A stretch of DNA of 47,270 bases from Octopus bimaculoides (GCF_001194135.2 NC_068990.1:60729397-60776666); one strand, 5' to 3'. Numbered from the stretch's first letter, positions 10,550 through 23,546 are shown. Notes: a model not told the origin generated them from the sequence alone. Made by a program: numbers and translations.

Positions 10550-11330
10550 TGCAGAATTTGGAAGAGAACTGACGGACAGCTCCCATTTATTATAATAGAT
10601 CCTAGTTATTTGAAGTTCAACATCAAGTTCCTTCAATCAGAGATAGTTTGTTGTGCTATGTCATATGCAGTTTCCTCAGGTTTACAGTAAACATTATGAT
10701 CTACCAAGAGATCTTGGTGTACTTTGCTTCCCTCATTTAAAAGGCTGTTTAGCAATGCAGAATTTCTATTCCAAGCAGAATTTAGTACTTGTACACAAGT
10801 GGTTCTCAACTGGGATCCATATGACCCCTGAGGGTCCATATAAGATTTTTTGGGGTCCACACAACAAAATAGTAAATTGGGGATCCACAATAGAATTTTA
10901 AGGGGTCCTGAAAAAATTTTGCTTTAGATGTATGTATTGGTATCTCTTGTAAGAAACAGCTAAGTTTTTTTTATTTTTTTCTCTAACATTTTATATAGTT
11001 CAACCTACAAAAGTGAATGTGTGAAAAACATAATAGAAATTTTGAAAGAAGTTTCTATAAAACTAGTTTTTAAACATGGAATGATTATGGGGGTCCACCA
11101 GAATAAATAGTAACCAAAGGGATCCATAAATAAAAAAAAGATGATTGAGAACCCATGCTGTACATTGTTCCAAAACTAGCTACTGATTGATTTGGTAACT
11201 CTTACATCAATGTGCTTCCTTGGCCAAGTAAATCACCTGGGCTGAATTCCATACAGCATCAGTGAAGTACAGTTAAAAAGGCAGCCAACTCGCATCCCTG
11301 CTGCTATCTTGGCCATCACACTCTGGGCTT
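10550..11330 (+). pseudogene. Tc1-family transposase relic (DDE domain), interrupted by a hAT MITE
   Basis: Frameshifted peptides DPSYLKFNIKFLQSEIVCCAMSYA, VNIMIYQEIL, LFSNAEFLFQ, QNLVLVH and VLPWPSKSPGLNSIQH match the Tc1 motifs PSCLKSSVKFPQSVMIWGAMS, YQEILE, FQQDxAPxH and WPxxSPDLNPIE. Confidence 0.7.
10797..11157. mobile_element. hAT-like MITE (361 bp), same end family as 5627-5821
   Basis: TIRs AAGTGGTTCTCAA / TTGAGAACCCATG. 8-bp TSD ttgtacac(10789-10796) / ctgtacat(11158-11165). Repeated subterminal GGG(G/A)TCC motifs. Confidence 0.75.
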
Positions 11331-11504
11331 CAATAACACTTGAGCCATGTTATAGATTGGCTCCCTTTTTAAGGTAACATATATTCAGACAATTACCAGA
11401 GATAAAGGGATTCCAACCAAATACTAACTGACATTCTGTATCTACATTTTAGTCTTTGACTAACTTTGATTATTGTTATGTTATACTCTGGATGTTCAGA
11501 TATT

Positions 11505-11760
11505 CATCATCGTCATCATTTAGTGTCTATTTTCCATACTGGCATGTCTAAAACAGTTTGATTGGAGCTGGTAAGCCAGAGAGTTGCACCAGGCTCCAGT
11601 CTGTTTTGGCTTGGTTTCTATGACTGGATGCCCTTCCTAATGCCAACCACTCCACAGAGTGTACTAGGTATCTTTTATGTGTCATTGGCACTGGTACCTT
11701 CTATGTGTCACCAGCATGGGTGCCTTTCACTTGTCACTGGCACTGGCCATGACTACAGTT
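11505..11760 (-). mobile_element. Repeat family D (RTE-type 3' end with (TGA)n tail)
   Basis: catcatc...ttttccatactggcatg...ggatgcccttcctaatgccaaccac is shared with copies at 24425, 27590, 29455, 35225, 35905 and 43500. Confidence 0.7.
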
Positions 11761-13214
11761 TCTAATACTTTGAGATATTGGATTTTTAATGATCCCTGCA
11801 TGGAAGCCATAAATGTTAGCTTATCTTATATCAACTAAATAAAAGTTAATAGTAAATCAGTTTACAATTAGTGAATGCAAATGAATTTTTGACATTCTGA
11901 CATGAATGGCAATAAATAAGTAATTTTTGCATAGTATTCTAATTTTCTGAGATGCACCTTATTTCCATCCCTTATTTCTTCGCATTCTACATTTTACTAA
12001 TACTTTTGATTTTGTGCAATATTACATTAGTAATTTAATTCAAAGACAGATAAGAAAAGTTTTTAATTAAAATTGGTTCCTGCTCCTAACTACTAAAATG
12101 TTTTGTGATATTATCCCTCTCTCTTTAATCGAGCTTTTATTTACTATATTTTTACATTGGTATGACCCTTTTCACTTGAATAAATTTCACTAATAACCAT
12201 GTAATAGAACTTATAAACCTCTACTATTCACCAACGTATGTAATATAGCCAATAATTTAATTGTATGTGTATGTATATATAGGCTTACACACATGAAAAC
12301 ATACATGTGCTTAATCATATCCACATATAAATGTGTCTTTAAAATTTTCATTTCTGTTTAATAGCTTGATGCTTGGTGTTTCCAGTAATCATTCTCGCAT
12401 TTAGTTATAAAATAGAATTTTCCATCAAAAATTATTTGAATTTTTATGATTTTATTAGCAGATAACCAATTTTCTCATTTTTAAAGATCACTATACTTTT
12501 CAATAATTCTTTCTTTCATTCCCTCTCCCCACCCACCAAATTCTTAAAAAAAATTTTCTGTATAATTCAGTAATGAAGTGATTGCTTTTGACTGGTCCGT
12601 TTTAGTTTACTCACCAGTGGATCCATATGGATTATATATCCATTTTTTTCATATTTTACTTAAGTTTTACTTGGATGAATTATTGTGTTGCTCTTTATTT
12701 TTCTTCGTTTTTTTTGGTATATGAATATATTCTTGCTTTGAATTAAGAACATTCTCTCAACTGCCTGTTGTAAACATTTGTTGGGTGAAGTTCATGAGAG
12801 AAATTAATATAAGAAGTGTAGTCAGATATGTAATTAGATAAAATAAATCCTATTATGACTGCTTCACAATCTTTAAATCATTATTCCCCACCTAACCCAT
12901 CACCACCACAAAAAAACACTTTCTCTCTACTTTTTATAGTCCATTAGTTTTTTTTGTTTTTAATTTAGATTGCTTTACATTGTTTAAATTTTTAAAACGC
13001 CAAGAAATTTTAGCCATAAAATTATAAGTTATCATTAATGGTGATGATGATGATGATATATGTGTGCATGTGTTCATATATTTATATGTATGTATGGGTA
13101 GATGTATCTACCTATCTGTCTGTCTTTCTGTCTATCTATTTATTTATCTATCTGTCAGCCTGTCTATCTATGTGTCTGTCTGTCTGTCTGTCTGTATGTA
13201 TGCATGCATGTATA

Positions 13215-14014
13215 TATGTCATTATTCAGTTTATTTCAAGATTTCTTGCCAATAGAGAAAGAACTGGTTTTTAACCTAGATACAATGTCCCTTCATTGGA
13301 ATTTCAACATCAACAGGGTGTTTTTGCATGTATGTATGTATGTACGTATGAGCAGATTTGTATATTTTGTTTTATGTATGTATTCTCATGCATAGAATTA
13401 CATATCTAGATGTTTTCATATATATATTTAAATGATAAACTTCTGGAAAGTTTTACCAATTTTTACAGATCCAGTAATAGATTGGATCTGTAGCCTTCGA
13501 ATTAGCTTTCTCCTTTCTGGTTTTGAGAAGCTTAATTTCTCAAGATTGGTATTTAGGCAGTGTGTTACATATCCCAGGACTCCAATAATTACAGGTATAA
13601 ACCTGAACTTGTAATCTGGATAGAGTAACTGCAAATTTCTCAATAGTTCAGCATAATTGTTCACTTTTTCACTGGTCTTCAGCTTTATGTTAACATTTGC
13701 TCGGCAGCTAATTTCCACAACTGTGCACAGTTTCACCTCTCTGTCCCAAATCATTATATCAGGTCTGTTGTGCTTACATTTTATTGAGGTCTTCACTAGT
13801 ACATTTCAGCAGTATTCCTTTTTATTATGAGTGGCTATGGCTTTTACCATACTGTGGGTTTTTATTTATTTGTCCTTGGGATTATCCTTCCGATGGATTT
13901 CATTATAGAGTGTCCTAGCTACAACGTCATGTCTCATCGGTAGATAATACCATGACGATATTTTCGGACAGCTGCTTATGATGTTGGTGATATCTTCAGT
14001 GTGAATGCAGAACC
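13215..14014 (-). mobile_element. R4/Dong-type LINE 3' part: zinc knuckle, restriction-like endonuclease and 3' UTR
   Basis: Minus-strand peptides FCIHTEDITNIISSCP...RHDVVARTLY (degenerate CCHC) and HNRPDIMIWDREVKLCTVVEISC...EKVNNY (RPD...D/E RLE motif). Stop at 13428-13430. UTR ends in AATAAACTGAATAAT and a microsatellite. Confidence 0.85.
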
Positions 14015-15332
14015 ACCCACATGGCAAAAAAATACTGGCCAATTGCATGCCAGAACTTAATGTATAAGATACATACAGCATGTTTAAACCTCTTCCTCCA
14101 AGACCATTGTGAAACCGATAACATTATCATAGCAGTACTAGCAGCTGAGAAGAAGGGAGTCAGAGCATGTATCGAGCAATTGCTAATCGACAAAACTGTG
14201 ATGTCAGAGGTGCAAGAGCATAGGAGGAACCTAGTTTCAATGTGGCTAGATTACAAGAAAGCCTTTGACTCTGTTTCCCATTCATGGATGCTAGAAGCCC
14301 TTCAACTTGCTAAAGTTCGAGTTAGAATAGTCAAAGCCATAACTGACCTGACTTTATCGTGGGCCACCATCTTGAAATCAAACACAAAGAGTGACTGTAT
14401 TATCACTGATAGAATACAATATTGCAGAGGCTTATTCCAAGGAGACAGCCTCTCTGTGATGTTGTTTATACTTTCTGCAAACCCCTTGTCATTCATGTTA
14501 AGGCAGTCTGAAGGGTATCTCACTGGCTCACAAGGGAACAGAAATACCAAAATTACACACTGTTTCTTTGTGGATGACTTAAAACTTTATGCAAATAATA
14601 TGTACGAGATGAAAAAGAGCCTTGACCTAGTTACAGCACTTTCTAAGGATGTAGGTTTGGAGTTCAGGATAAATATTGTTATATGGTTGTGAAAAGGGGG
14701 GAAACTATAAACCAGATTAGTTACATCTCTGTCAATGATGTGACTGTTTTCTCTATATCTGACAAGGAATGTTACAGGTGTCTAGGGGTGGATAAAAATA
14801 TATCTTACAGTAGCACCTGTAACAAAACATGTGTCACTAAAGAATATTACAGCCGAATAAAGAAAATTTAGACCTCAGAACTCTCTGTATTCAATAAAAC
14901 AGTGGCCCACAATGTGTTTGTAGTGCCAGTACTCAAACCAACATTTGGGCTGCTTGATTGGACACTTGATGAAATCTGAGCCATTGATGTGAAAACCCCA
15001 AAAATATTAACAAGCACACACAATTTCCACATAAACAGTGATGTAGACTGCCTCTACCTAAAACATAAACAAGGCGGCAGAGGCTTAACATCGATCCAAA
15101 ATGCCTTTGAATGTTGCATTACATCCCTTCAACAATATCTTTCAATCACTAATTGTTGAAGTGCATCCCTTGACCAAGTTCACATACATGAGGCTGATAA
15201 CATCATAAGACATGGAAGGCAGCTCCTTGAGCAACACTCTTTGTCTGATAACCAAGAATACAAGCCCAAAGAAGTCGCACGACTTTACTGCAACATACCA
15301 TGAGATGAAAGGATGAGCGTATATGAGCAGAA
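14015..15332 (+). pseudogene. R4/Dong-type LINE reverse transcriptase region, inverted relative to its own 3' part
   Basis: YWPIACQNLMYKI, EQLLIDK, MWLDYKKAFDSVSHSW, LFQGDSLS, HCFFVDDLKLYA and LYLKHKQGGRGL, with frameshifts and stops. Confidence 0.9.
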
Positions 15333-15343
15333 TGTATGTATGT

Positions 15344-15380
<37 letters not shown>

Positions 15381-16066
15381 CACCCCTGCTTATATATATA
15401 TATATATATATNNNNNNNNNNNNNNNNNNNNNNNNNNNNNNNNNNNNNNNNNNNNNNNNNNNNNNNNNNNNNNNNNNNNNNNNNNNNNNNNNNNNNNNNN
15501 NNNNNNNNNNNNNNNNNNNNNNNNNNNNNNNNNNNNNNNNNNNNNNNNNNNNNNNNNNNNNNNNNNNNNNNNNNNNNNNNNNNNNNNNNNNNNNNNNNNN
15601 NNNNNNNNNNNNNNNNNNNNNNNNNNNNNNNNNNNNNNNNNNNNNNNNNNNNNNNNNNNNNNNNNNNNNNNNNNNNNNNNNNNNNNNNNNNNNNNNNNNN
15701 NNNNNNNNNNNNNNNNNNNNNNNNNNNNNNNNNNNNNNNNNNNNNNNNNNNNNNNNNNNNNNNNNNNNNNNNNNNNNNNNNNNNNNNNNNNNNNNNNNNN
15801 NNNNNNNNNNNNNNNNNNNNNNNNNNNNNNNNNNNNNNNNNNNNNNNNNNNNNNNNNNNNNNNNNNNNNNNNNNNNNNNNNNNNNNNNNNNNNNNNNNNN
15901 NNNNNNNNNNNNNNNNNNNNNNNNNNNNNNNNNNNNNNNNNNNNNNNNNNNNNNNNNNNNNNNNNNNNNNNNNNNNNNNNNNNNNNNNNNNNNNNNNNNN
16001 NNNNNNNNNTATATATATATATATATTCATTAATAATAGGAGATGGTTTTTGTATTAGACTTTTAT

Positions 16067-16123
16067 TAGGTACAATATATGTTTCGACCTATCAGTCTGG
16101 GTCTTTTCAGGTACATTACCCTA
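16067..16123 (-). other. Degenerate type I hammerhead-like motif
   Basis: The minus strand reads GTAC-CTGAAAA-GACC...GGTC-GAAA-C-ATAT-ATT-GTAC. Stems I and II are present. Two G>A changes relative to consensus (G8, G16.2). Confidence 0.4.
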
Positions 16124-16485
16124 ACTGCCATTGTGGAGTTTCTGAATTAGGTCCAATGGAAGTGTACCACAACTGCAGATGACAACAGGTAACCTTAACT
16201 GTACCAGTGCTCTGCTCAACATTTATACACATTAATCGAATTATATATTTTGTCTAAATTATTTATTATTATATAAAAGTCTGTGCTCCAGCATGGCCAC
16301 AGTAAAATTACTGAAACAAGTAAAACAATAAAAGAAGTATATAAATATTATGAATGTTAATGTCAGCATTTCTGTTTGATATTTTTAAATGGAGCCATTT
16401 AGAATATGTGTTCAGTTGTACATTTAAATATTTAAATACACTGCAACAATATAATCTACTTGTAGAGATAAAATATTTTTCACAC

Positions 16486-16529
<44 letters not shown>

Positions 16530-16878
16530 TTCGCATGTGGTCAGTGCTGGCTCAGAACACATGGATTGAATGAGGCCAGTTGAACATATCAGAATTTCCC
16601 ATTATCTTTCCACTATAACGATGGAATGAGGGAAATTAAACCAATAATTGCTCATAATTACAGATGTTGTTGTTGCTAATATCAGTTATCGTATTTTAAA
16701 AATTGCATCCTTTATATTTGTTTGTGCCAAAAATCCTATTCTCCCTCATGGCCCATCCCCCTCTCTCTCTCTTCTCTTCTCTCTTTTAACACATGCACAC
16801 ACACATACACACACACACAACCACATACACACACAACCACATACACACACAACCACATACACACACATTCTCTGTCCT

Positions 16879-16915
<37 letters not shown>

Positions 16916-17108
16916 ATACATACATGTGTGTGTATATATCGAGCTAGCTAGAATGATTTACCACTGTTTGGTGTAAGATGTTAGGATGTCTTTAAATGGT
17001 ACCTGGAACATATCAGGATTCTCATTATCACCCTATTGTGGAAATGGTACGAGAGGCTTTGCTAAGATATGTTCATCTAATAATTGCTTATAATTATTGA
17101 TATTGCTA

Positions 17109-17112
<4 letters not shown>

Positions 17113-17163
<51 letters not shown>
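17113..17163. repeat. (ATT)n microsatellite
   Basis: Direct observation. Confidence 0.95.
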
Positions 17164-17164
<1 letters not shown>

Positions 17165-17544
17165 TTGAATGATCATATTTACCAGCTGTATTTATTTGTT
17201 ATTGCCAACAAACCTTATCTGCTCTCTTGTGGCCTGTTTCTTCTCTCACCTTCATCCATATTCCCAACTCTGTTTTTCTTCTGCATTGAGATTTACTGCT
17301 ATATTTGGTGTTGGACATTAAAATATAGTCAGTTACTGGTTTGAAATTTACCATTATCTCGCTGCTATGAGAATGGAATGAGGAGGATGAGTTACGCTTA
17401 CTCTTTAGCATTTTAACAGGCTATATCAGTCCAAATATTCTTCATTAAAAAAAAAAAGGATTTGAAACCTTTAAAACTTTAAAAATTTTTATATCCATAA
17501 ACCTGTAAAGCTTTTATATGTGATCTTTTAAAAAGAATTTGCAT

Positions 17545-17935
17545 AGTAAGAAACTTGCTTCCCAACCACATGGTTCTGGGTTCAGTGCCACTGCATAGCA
17601 CCTTAGGCAAGTGTCTTCTATTATAGCCTCGAGCTGACCAAAGCTTTCTGAGTGGATTTGGTAGACAGAAAATGAAAGAAGCCTGTCGTTTATATATATA
17701 TGTATATATTTATGTGTGTGTATCTTTGTGTCTATGTTTGTCCTTCCCATCATCGCTTGACAAATGATGGTGGGTTTAAGTACCTGTAACTTAGCAGTTC
17801 AGCAAAAAAGACTGATAGAATAAGTACTAAGCTAACAAAGAATAACTCCTTGGGTGATTTCTTTAACTAAATACCCTTTTAAGGTAGCGCTCCAGTATGG
17901 CCACAGTCAACTGATTGAAACAAGTAAAAGAATAT
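17545..17935 (+). mobile_element. SINE family A
   Basis: Colinear with 45015-45402. Confidence 0.8.
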
Positions 17936-18351
17936 TGCAGAATTTTAAACCTTTTGTATTTCATATTGTTTTACTTTTATATTATTTTCTTCCATCCCCC
18001 CCCCCCACTTTATTGTATCATATTCTGTTTTATTTTATTTTATTCCAATTTATTTTATTTCCCTTCATTTTCCTCCCTCCCTATCCTACAAATGACATTA
18101 CCCTGTTATATTACCAAACTAAATTTTTAATGTTTAAACCAGCCAGATCTGACCTCTCACACCTACCTTACAATTTTATTGTAAAAATAAACAATTACAT
18201 CATCGAAGTCTTGATGCTATAAGATAATGCAGGAATAATTCAAAACAATGTGAAAGAATAAGCTTTTAATAGAATAATCTGAACGTTAAAATGTTAAGCT
18301 AATAATTGCTATAACTACTAGTAATGTTAATATTATTCATTCATGCATTTA

Positions 18352-18438
18352 TTTTGCTTGTTCATTTTTGCTTGTTCATTTTTGCTTGGTCATTTTTGCT
18401 TGTTCATTTTTGCTTGTTCATTTTTGCTTGGTCATTTT
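18352..18438. repeat. 14-bp minisatellite (TTTTGCTTGTTCAT) x6 with a 42-bp higher-order period
   Basis: Variant unit TTGGTCAT occurs at every third copy. Confidence 0.9.
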
Positions 18439-18489
18439 CCCATGGTTTGGACAGGAAGTTATTAAGGCAGTATTTTACAGTCACATACC

Positions 18490-18915
18490 CCTCTTATCGC
18501 CAACCCTTACCTGTCACTTACGTAAGCCCTTTGCTTCCTATGGAGCATAAGCCATCAATGGCTTTTCTTCATTGTTCTTGACTTTCAATTGTCTTTTCTG
18601 ATTCTCTCAAGTACAACCCCTGCTTTTGCAGCTTTGCCTTTGGATCCCTCCTTTCCTGAAGAAAGGCTTTCTTCTCTCAGGTCTTGTTGGTTTTCAGTTC
18701 TCATTGGTTCTTCTGTAACTTTACCATTTTTTCTAGGTTGGGGTGTTGGCCATCTGCAGACCTATATTTAGTTCCATATTAGCCTTATCTCTGTTGTTTG
18801 ATCTGTCCAATATGTGAGACCCTATCAGGAAGTTGCACTAAGCTGATATACTTCTCAGGGTCATTGAGGTATACGAGCTACTACATAGCAACAATGAATG
18901 GACCCTGTGGTGGAG
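18490..18915 (-). mobile_element. Internally deleted RTE-like LINE relic (leader-like sequence fused to 3' end)
   Basis: The minus-strand 3' end reads KAIDGLCSIGSKGLT*, like the RTE C-terminal LCxxG motif. The upstream part resembles RTE 5' leaders as I recall them. Confidence 0.35.
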
Positions 18916-19374
18916 CCATTACCTGTTTTTCTGTTTTATTACTCTTCAATAGCTTACCATATTTACAGAAAGTATCATTGATATGGATTGTAAACATTTT
19001 GCTCAAGCAAACCCTTTTGATACCAATCTCCCAAGACTGTCCCTGCTTCTTTGATGCACACATTCTATACAAAGTGATCAAAATTAAATTTTCCCATTAA
19101 AATTCCATGTTAATTTGTGTTCCAACTACCATTTTTGTAATGATCAAGATATTTTAGCAAATTTTTATTATTTCCAAAATTAATTGAAATAAAAATGGTT
19201 TAGTTTGACAGAAATATAGTAACAAAAGGGTTAAGTATCACAAAACCAACTTCCATTCCAATACTAATCATCTTCTCTAGCCAAAATCACAGCAATTGCA
19301 AATACAATGAACAGCCATACACTTAGATCATTAGTTCTGCACTTATTGTTTAGCACTAGGATAGTCCCACTCAA

Positions 19375-19715
19375 GTGAAGGCACATGACTCATCAGTTAG
19401 AGTGACAGGCTCACAATCCCGAGTTAGTGAGTTTGATTCCTTGACAGGGCTGTGTGTTATGTTCATGAGCAAGACACTTTATGTCATGTTGCTCCAGTTC
19501 ACTAAACTGTGAAAATGAGTTGCAACATCACTGGTGCCAAGCTGTATTGGCCATTGCCTTTCCATTGGATAACATGAAGTGGGGAGGCTGGCATGCTTGG
19601 GTGACTGCTGGTCTTCCATAAACATCCTTGCCTGGATTTATGCCTCGGAAGAGAACTTTCTAGGTGCAGTCCCATGGACATTAATGACCGAAAGGGGTTT
19701 TTGCCCTTTACTTTA
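19375..19715 (+). mobile_element. SINE family C (tRNA-like head with a gagcaagacacttt...gttgctccagt central block)
   Basis: Shares head and central block with 26447-26700, 45417-45705, 24555-24900 and 35045-35210. Confidence 0.65.
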
Positions 19716-19719
19716 GTTC

Positions 19720-20545
19720 TAGTGAAGTGGACCTATAATCAAAGACCCCAACCAAGATCATACTAACACTTCCTTATGTCTAGGAACTCTTCAATACATT
19801 ATGCAAATGTGTTCTAAGATGGTGGGTTGTGGTTTTAGAGAGATTTGGTTGGGACTTCTACCAGAGTGAGCAACCTCATGGAGATACCCTCTTGACAGTG
19901 ATCAGTGCTCTTAGGGTCAGTGCTAGATGAGCTCAGAGGCACAAAACAAGCGGTCTCTTTCTTTCTTTCTTTCTCTCTTTCTCTCTCCCCTCTCTCTCTC
20001 TCTCTCTCTCTCCCTGTCTGTCTGTCTGTCTGTCTCTGTCTCTCTTTATTATACATACAGACCCTCCCCACCACACACACACACACACACACACACCTGA
20101 TAAGTTAAATTCTTGATTTTGTGAGATTAGATCTGCTTCCAGAGATGGTAGGACAATCTTTTGGTGGTAACTGGGACCAACTCCAAATCAGAGAGGAGAT
20201 AATCTCCAGAATCAAGAATTTCTCCAAAACTGACACGCAACTTAGAAAACGACAATTTGATTGTCTAAAGGCATGAGGACAGCTTGGATACATGTTTCCA
20301 CCTCAACAGCTGTGATCACAACAGCAGTTGCCTTACCTTGTCTTCAGTAGAACAAGATATTTAGATGCATACATAAAAGAGTAGAGCAACTTTATAGACT
20401 TAGTAAATGGCATGCATTTGAACAAAGATGAATAAGAGTATATTAAATGTCATACAAGATAAATTCTTGATTTATTAGAATTATTCTTGCCTTGAGAGAT
20501 GGTAGAACAATAGCTTGGTGGCAATTGGGATCATCTCCAAATTCT
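19720..20545 (+). mobile_element. Highly decayed LINE-like coding relic (possibly L1/Tx1 endonuclease-linker region)
   Basis: Peptide ILDFVRLDLLPEMVGQSFGGNWDQLQIREEIISRIKNFSK, with a diverged second copy 354 bp downstream. The family assignment is weak. Confidence 0.3.
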
Positions 20546-22921
20546 ATGCACCGCATGTTCTGTTTTCTTATTAACTAAAAATCGTTTTTGAAAAGAGTTT
20601 TGACTTCCTCTCAGTTTCTTCCTGAATCTATGGAATGTCTTATGAGATTTTCTACTTTGTTACCACAATTCTTTTATTTTGTGAATTATTTTTATTTCAT
20701 AGATATTATATGTTTGCTTCTTGTTTTGACCTTCTGATAAGGTGTGTAGTATTCAATTTCTTTATTTTTTTCAAATTTATCTATATTTTATCAAGAGTTA
20801 TTTAATTCCAAGCCCTTTTTGAAGCATTCATTTGTAATATTACAATGAAACAATGATCAAATCCTTTGCATATATATATATATATATATATATGTTTGTT
20901 CATTGTTTGATTTAGAGTTACGATGTAGGATACGGAATAGTTTAATTCACAGTATCAGTATAAGAGGATTACTTTTGGTGTTGCCATTTTTTATAACGCT
21001 TTTCTTATTTACTTATTTCTTTTACTACATCAGAAGTAAATTTGCTGTTGTGATTGTGTACATTTGTATACATTTCACATACTCATGTCTTTGTTCTTGT
21101 TTTTTTTTTATTTCTTATATTGTTTTTATCTTAAGTTACTTTATTATTGTATGTCTGTGTCTATTTAAAAACATGATTAATTTATTGTAGTCAGGGAGAA
21201 TAAAAGTGCACTTTCTCTCAATGCTTTATTTTTCAGATCACATATTTCAATTGCCACTTTTCTTTCTAGTTATTTCCATTGTTTGTATGTTCTGACACAG
21301 TCTCAGACTGTCTATTATTGTTGGTGAGATTCTTATTTTCTAAAAAGATACAAATAAATGAGGGATAAAATGATTTGCAATGTACTATATCAGCGCTTGC
21401 ATTTTATTTCCTTTCTTTTGTGGTGTTTATATCCTGCACTGAAACAAGGCAAAATATCCTGCATTAATTTCTTAAAACTTTCACTCAGATTACATTTTCC
21501 TTTTACTATTTCCTCCGATGAAGTCCTTGACCTGATTTTAATTCTTGCTTGGAATAGACATGCCTACTCATTTCCCTATCAGGCTTCATTTCTAATTAAG
21601 AAATCATTGTTATTAATGTAGCTTAAAGGCATTAATGACAGTGCTGGTAATTTTTCTTTTGAATCAGCTAGCAGAAATTTCTAATGCCAAATCTTTGAAG
21701 CAGTCGACCTTGTCATTGTGTTACTTCTAGAACAAGTAATACTGCATTTGTATTGCATTAATCTATGCAATTTATTCCTAAGGAAAAGAAAAGATGAATA
21801 AAGTACACAAACTTCAATCTGTCAATTTTATTTCCTCTTTTTAAACAATCTGAAAAACTTATTGTCATCCTCCTCTTGCAAAAAGATACTAATAAATTTT
21901 TCTAAGTTGATGTTCTTTTTGAGAGCAAGGTTGAAAATTGAACTTAAAGCCTAACAATCCATTATCTTAGAGTGGACCAAGTTGTCATAAGCTGAGTGGT
22001 ATTGAATTGTTGAGAGTTAATGACTAAAGAGATCATACTAACAAGGAATGAGCTACAAAAGAAAGATGATTGTAAATATTGTTTTGTGCTAGATTTCAGT
22101 TGAGACAAGCAGAAATTATGTAGTGCTATTATGAGTTTTAAATAAGTTAGCATGTTAACCAATTTACAAGACGCGAGATTTTTATAACGAGGGTTAAAGA
22201 TAAAAATATGTAGAAGTATGCTTTTATATTAAAATATGTAGTCTTTATTTTACATCTAAAATATATAATCTTTAGGCTACAAAAGTATTTTCATAAATTA
22301 ACAATTTTTATAAATTAACATGACATAATTAGTAGTACTAGATAAAATGTCTTGTGATATTTAGCTACTTATATTTACTTTCTGAGATCAAATCCTGCTT
22401 AGGTCAAATTTGTTTTCCATCCTTAAAATAAATGTTAGTCACATGCTGAGGTCAGAGTAATCATCCTTATCACCTCATATTTGAGGTCACCATTAAATTG
22501 TTGACTTTTTATTATAAATTTCTTTCAACTCTTTAGTATTTAACACTTTAAATTTTTAAATTGCTTAACCATTTAGTGTTTAAACTTGCCATATTTGGCC
22601 CAATAATTTTACTTGTTTTATATTCAAACCAGCCAGCTCCGACCTTTCACACCTACCCTATAATGCCAGTCTAAAAGTAAGCAATCACATTTGCTAGAGT
22701 AATCTAAATGCTGAAGGGTATACAAATTTATACCAATATTGATTATTTTTCATTAGCCCTTAGCCTAATGTTGTAGTTGATAGTTGTCTGAGTGATTACA
22801 ATAAATTACAGTTATTTTCTTTCTATTATTAATATTTGTGAAATTTTGGTAGGATTCTATGAGGTAATATGTGAAATAGTCACCAGGATGTTAGAAACGA
22901 ACATGTACAAAATTTGGCAAG

Positions 22922-23465
<544 letters not shown>

Positions 23466-23530
23466 AAGACAAAATATACAATCTCTCTTAATTGTGTTTA
23501 TGTGTAAATACAAGCAGTTGAAAGTGTGTT

Positions 23531-23546
23531 GTATGTATGTGTGCAT

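Noticed and set aside
13240-13320. Hammerhead-like string on the minus strand (CCAATGAAGG...AAAAACCAGTT) in the LINE 3' region
   Set aside because: G5 and G12 equivalents are absent and stems I and III do not pair in this copy; only a family consensus could revive the idea.
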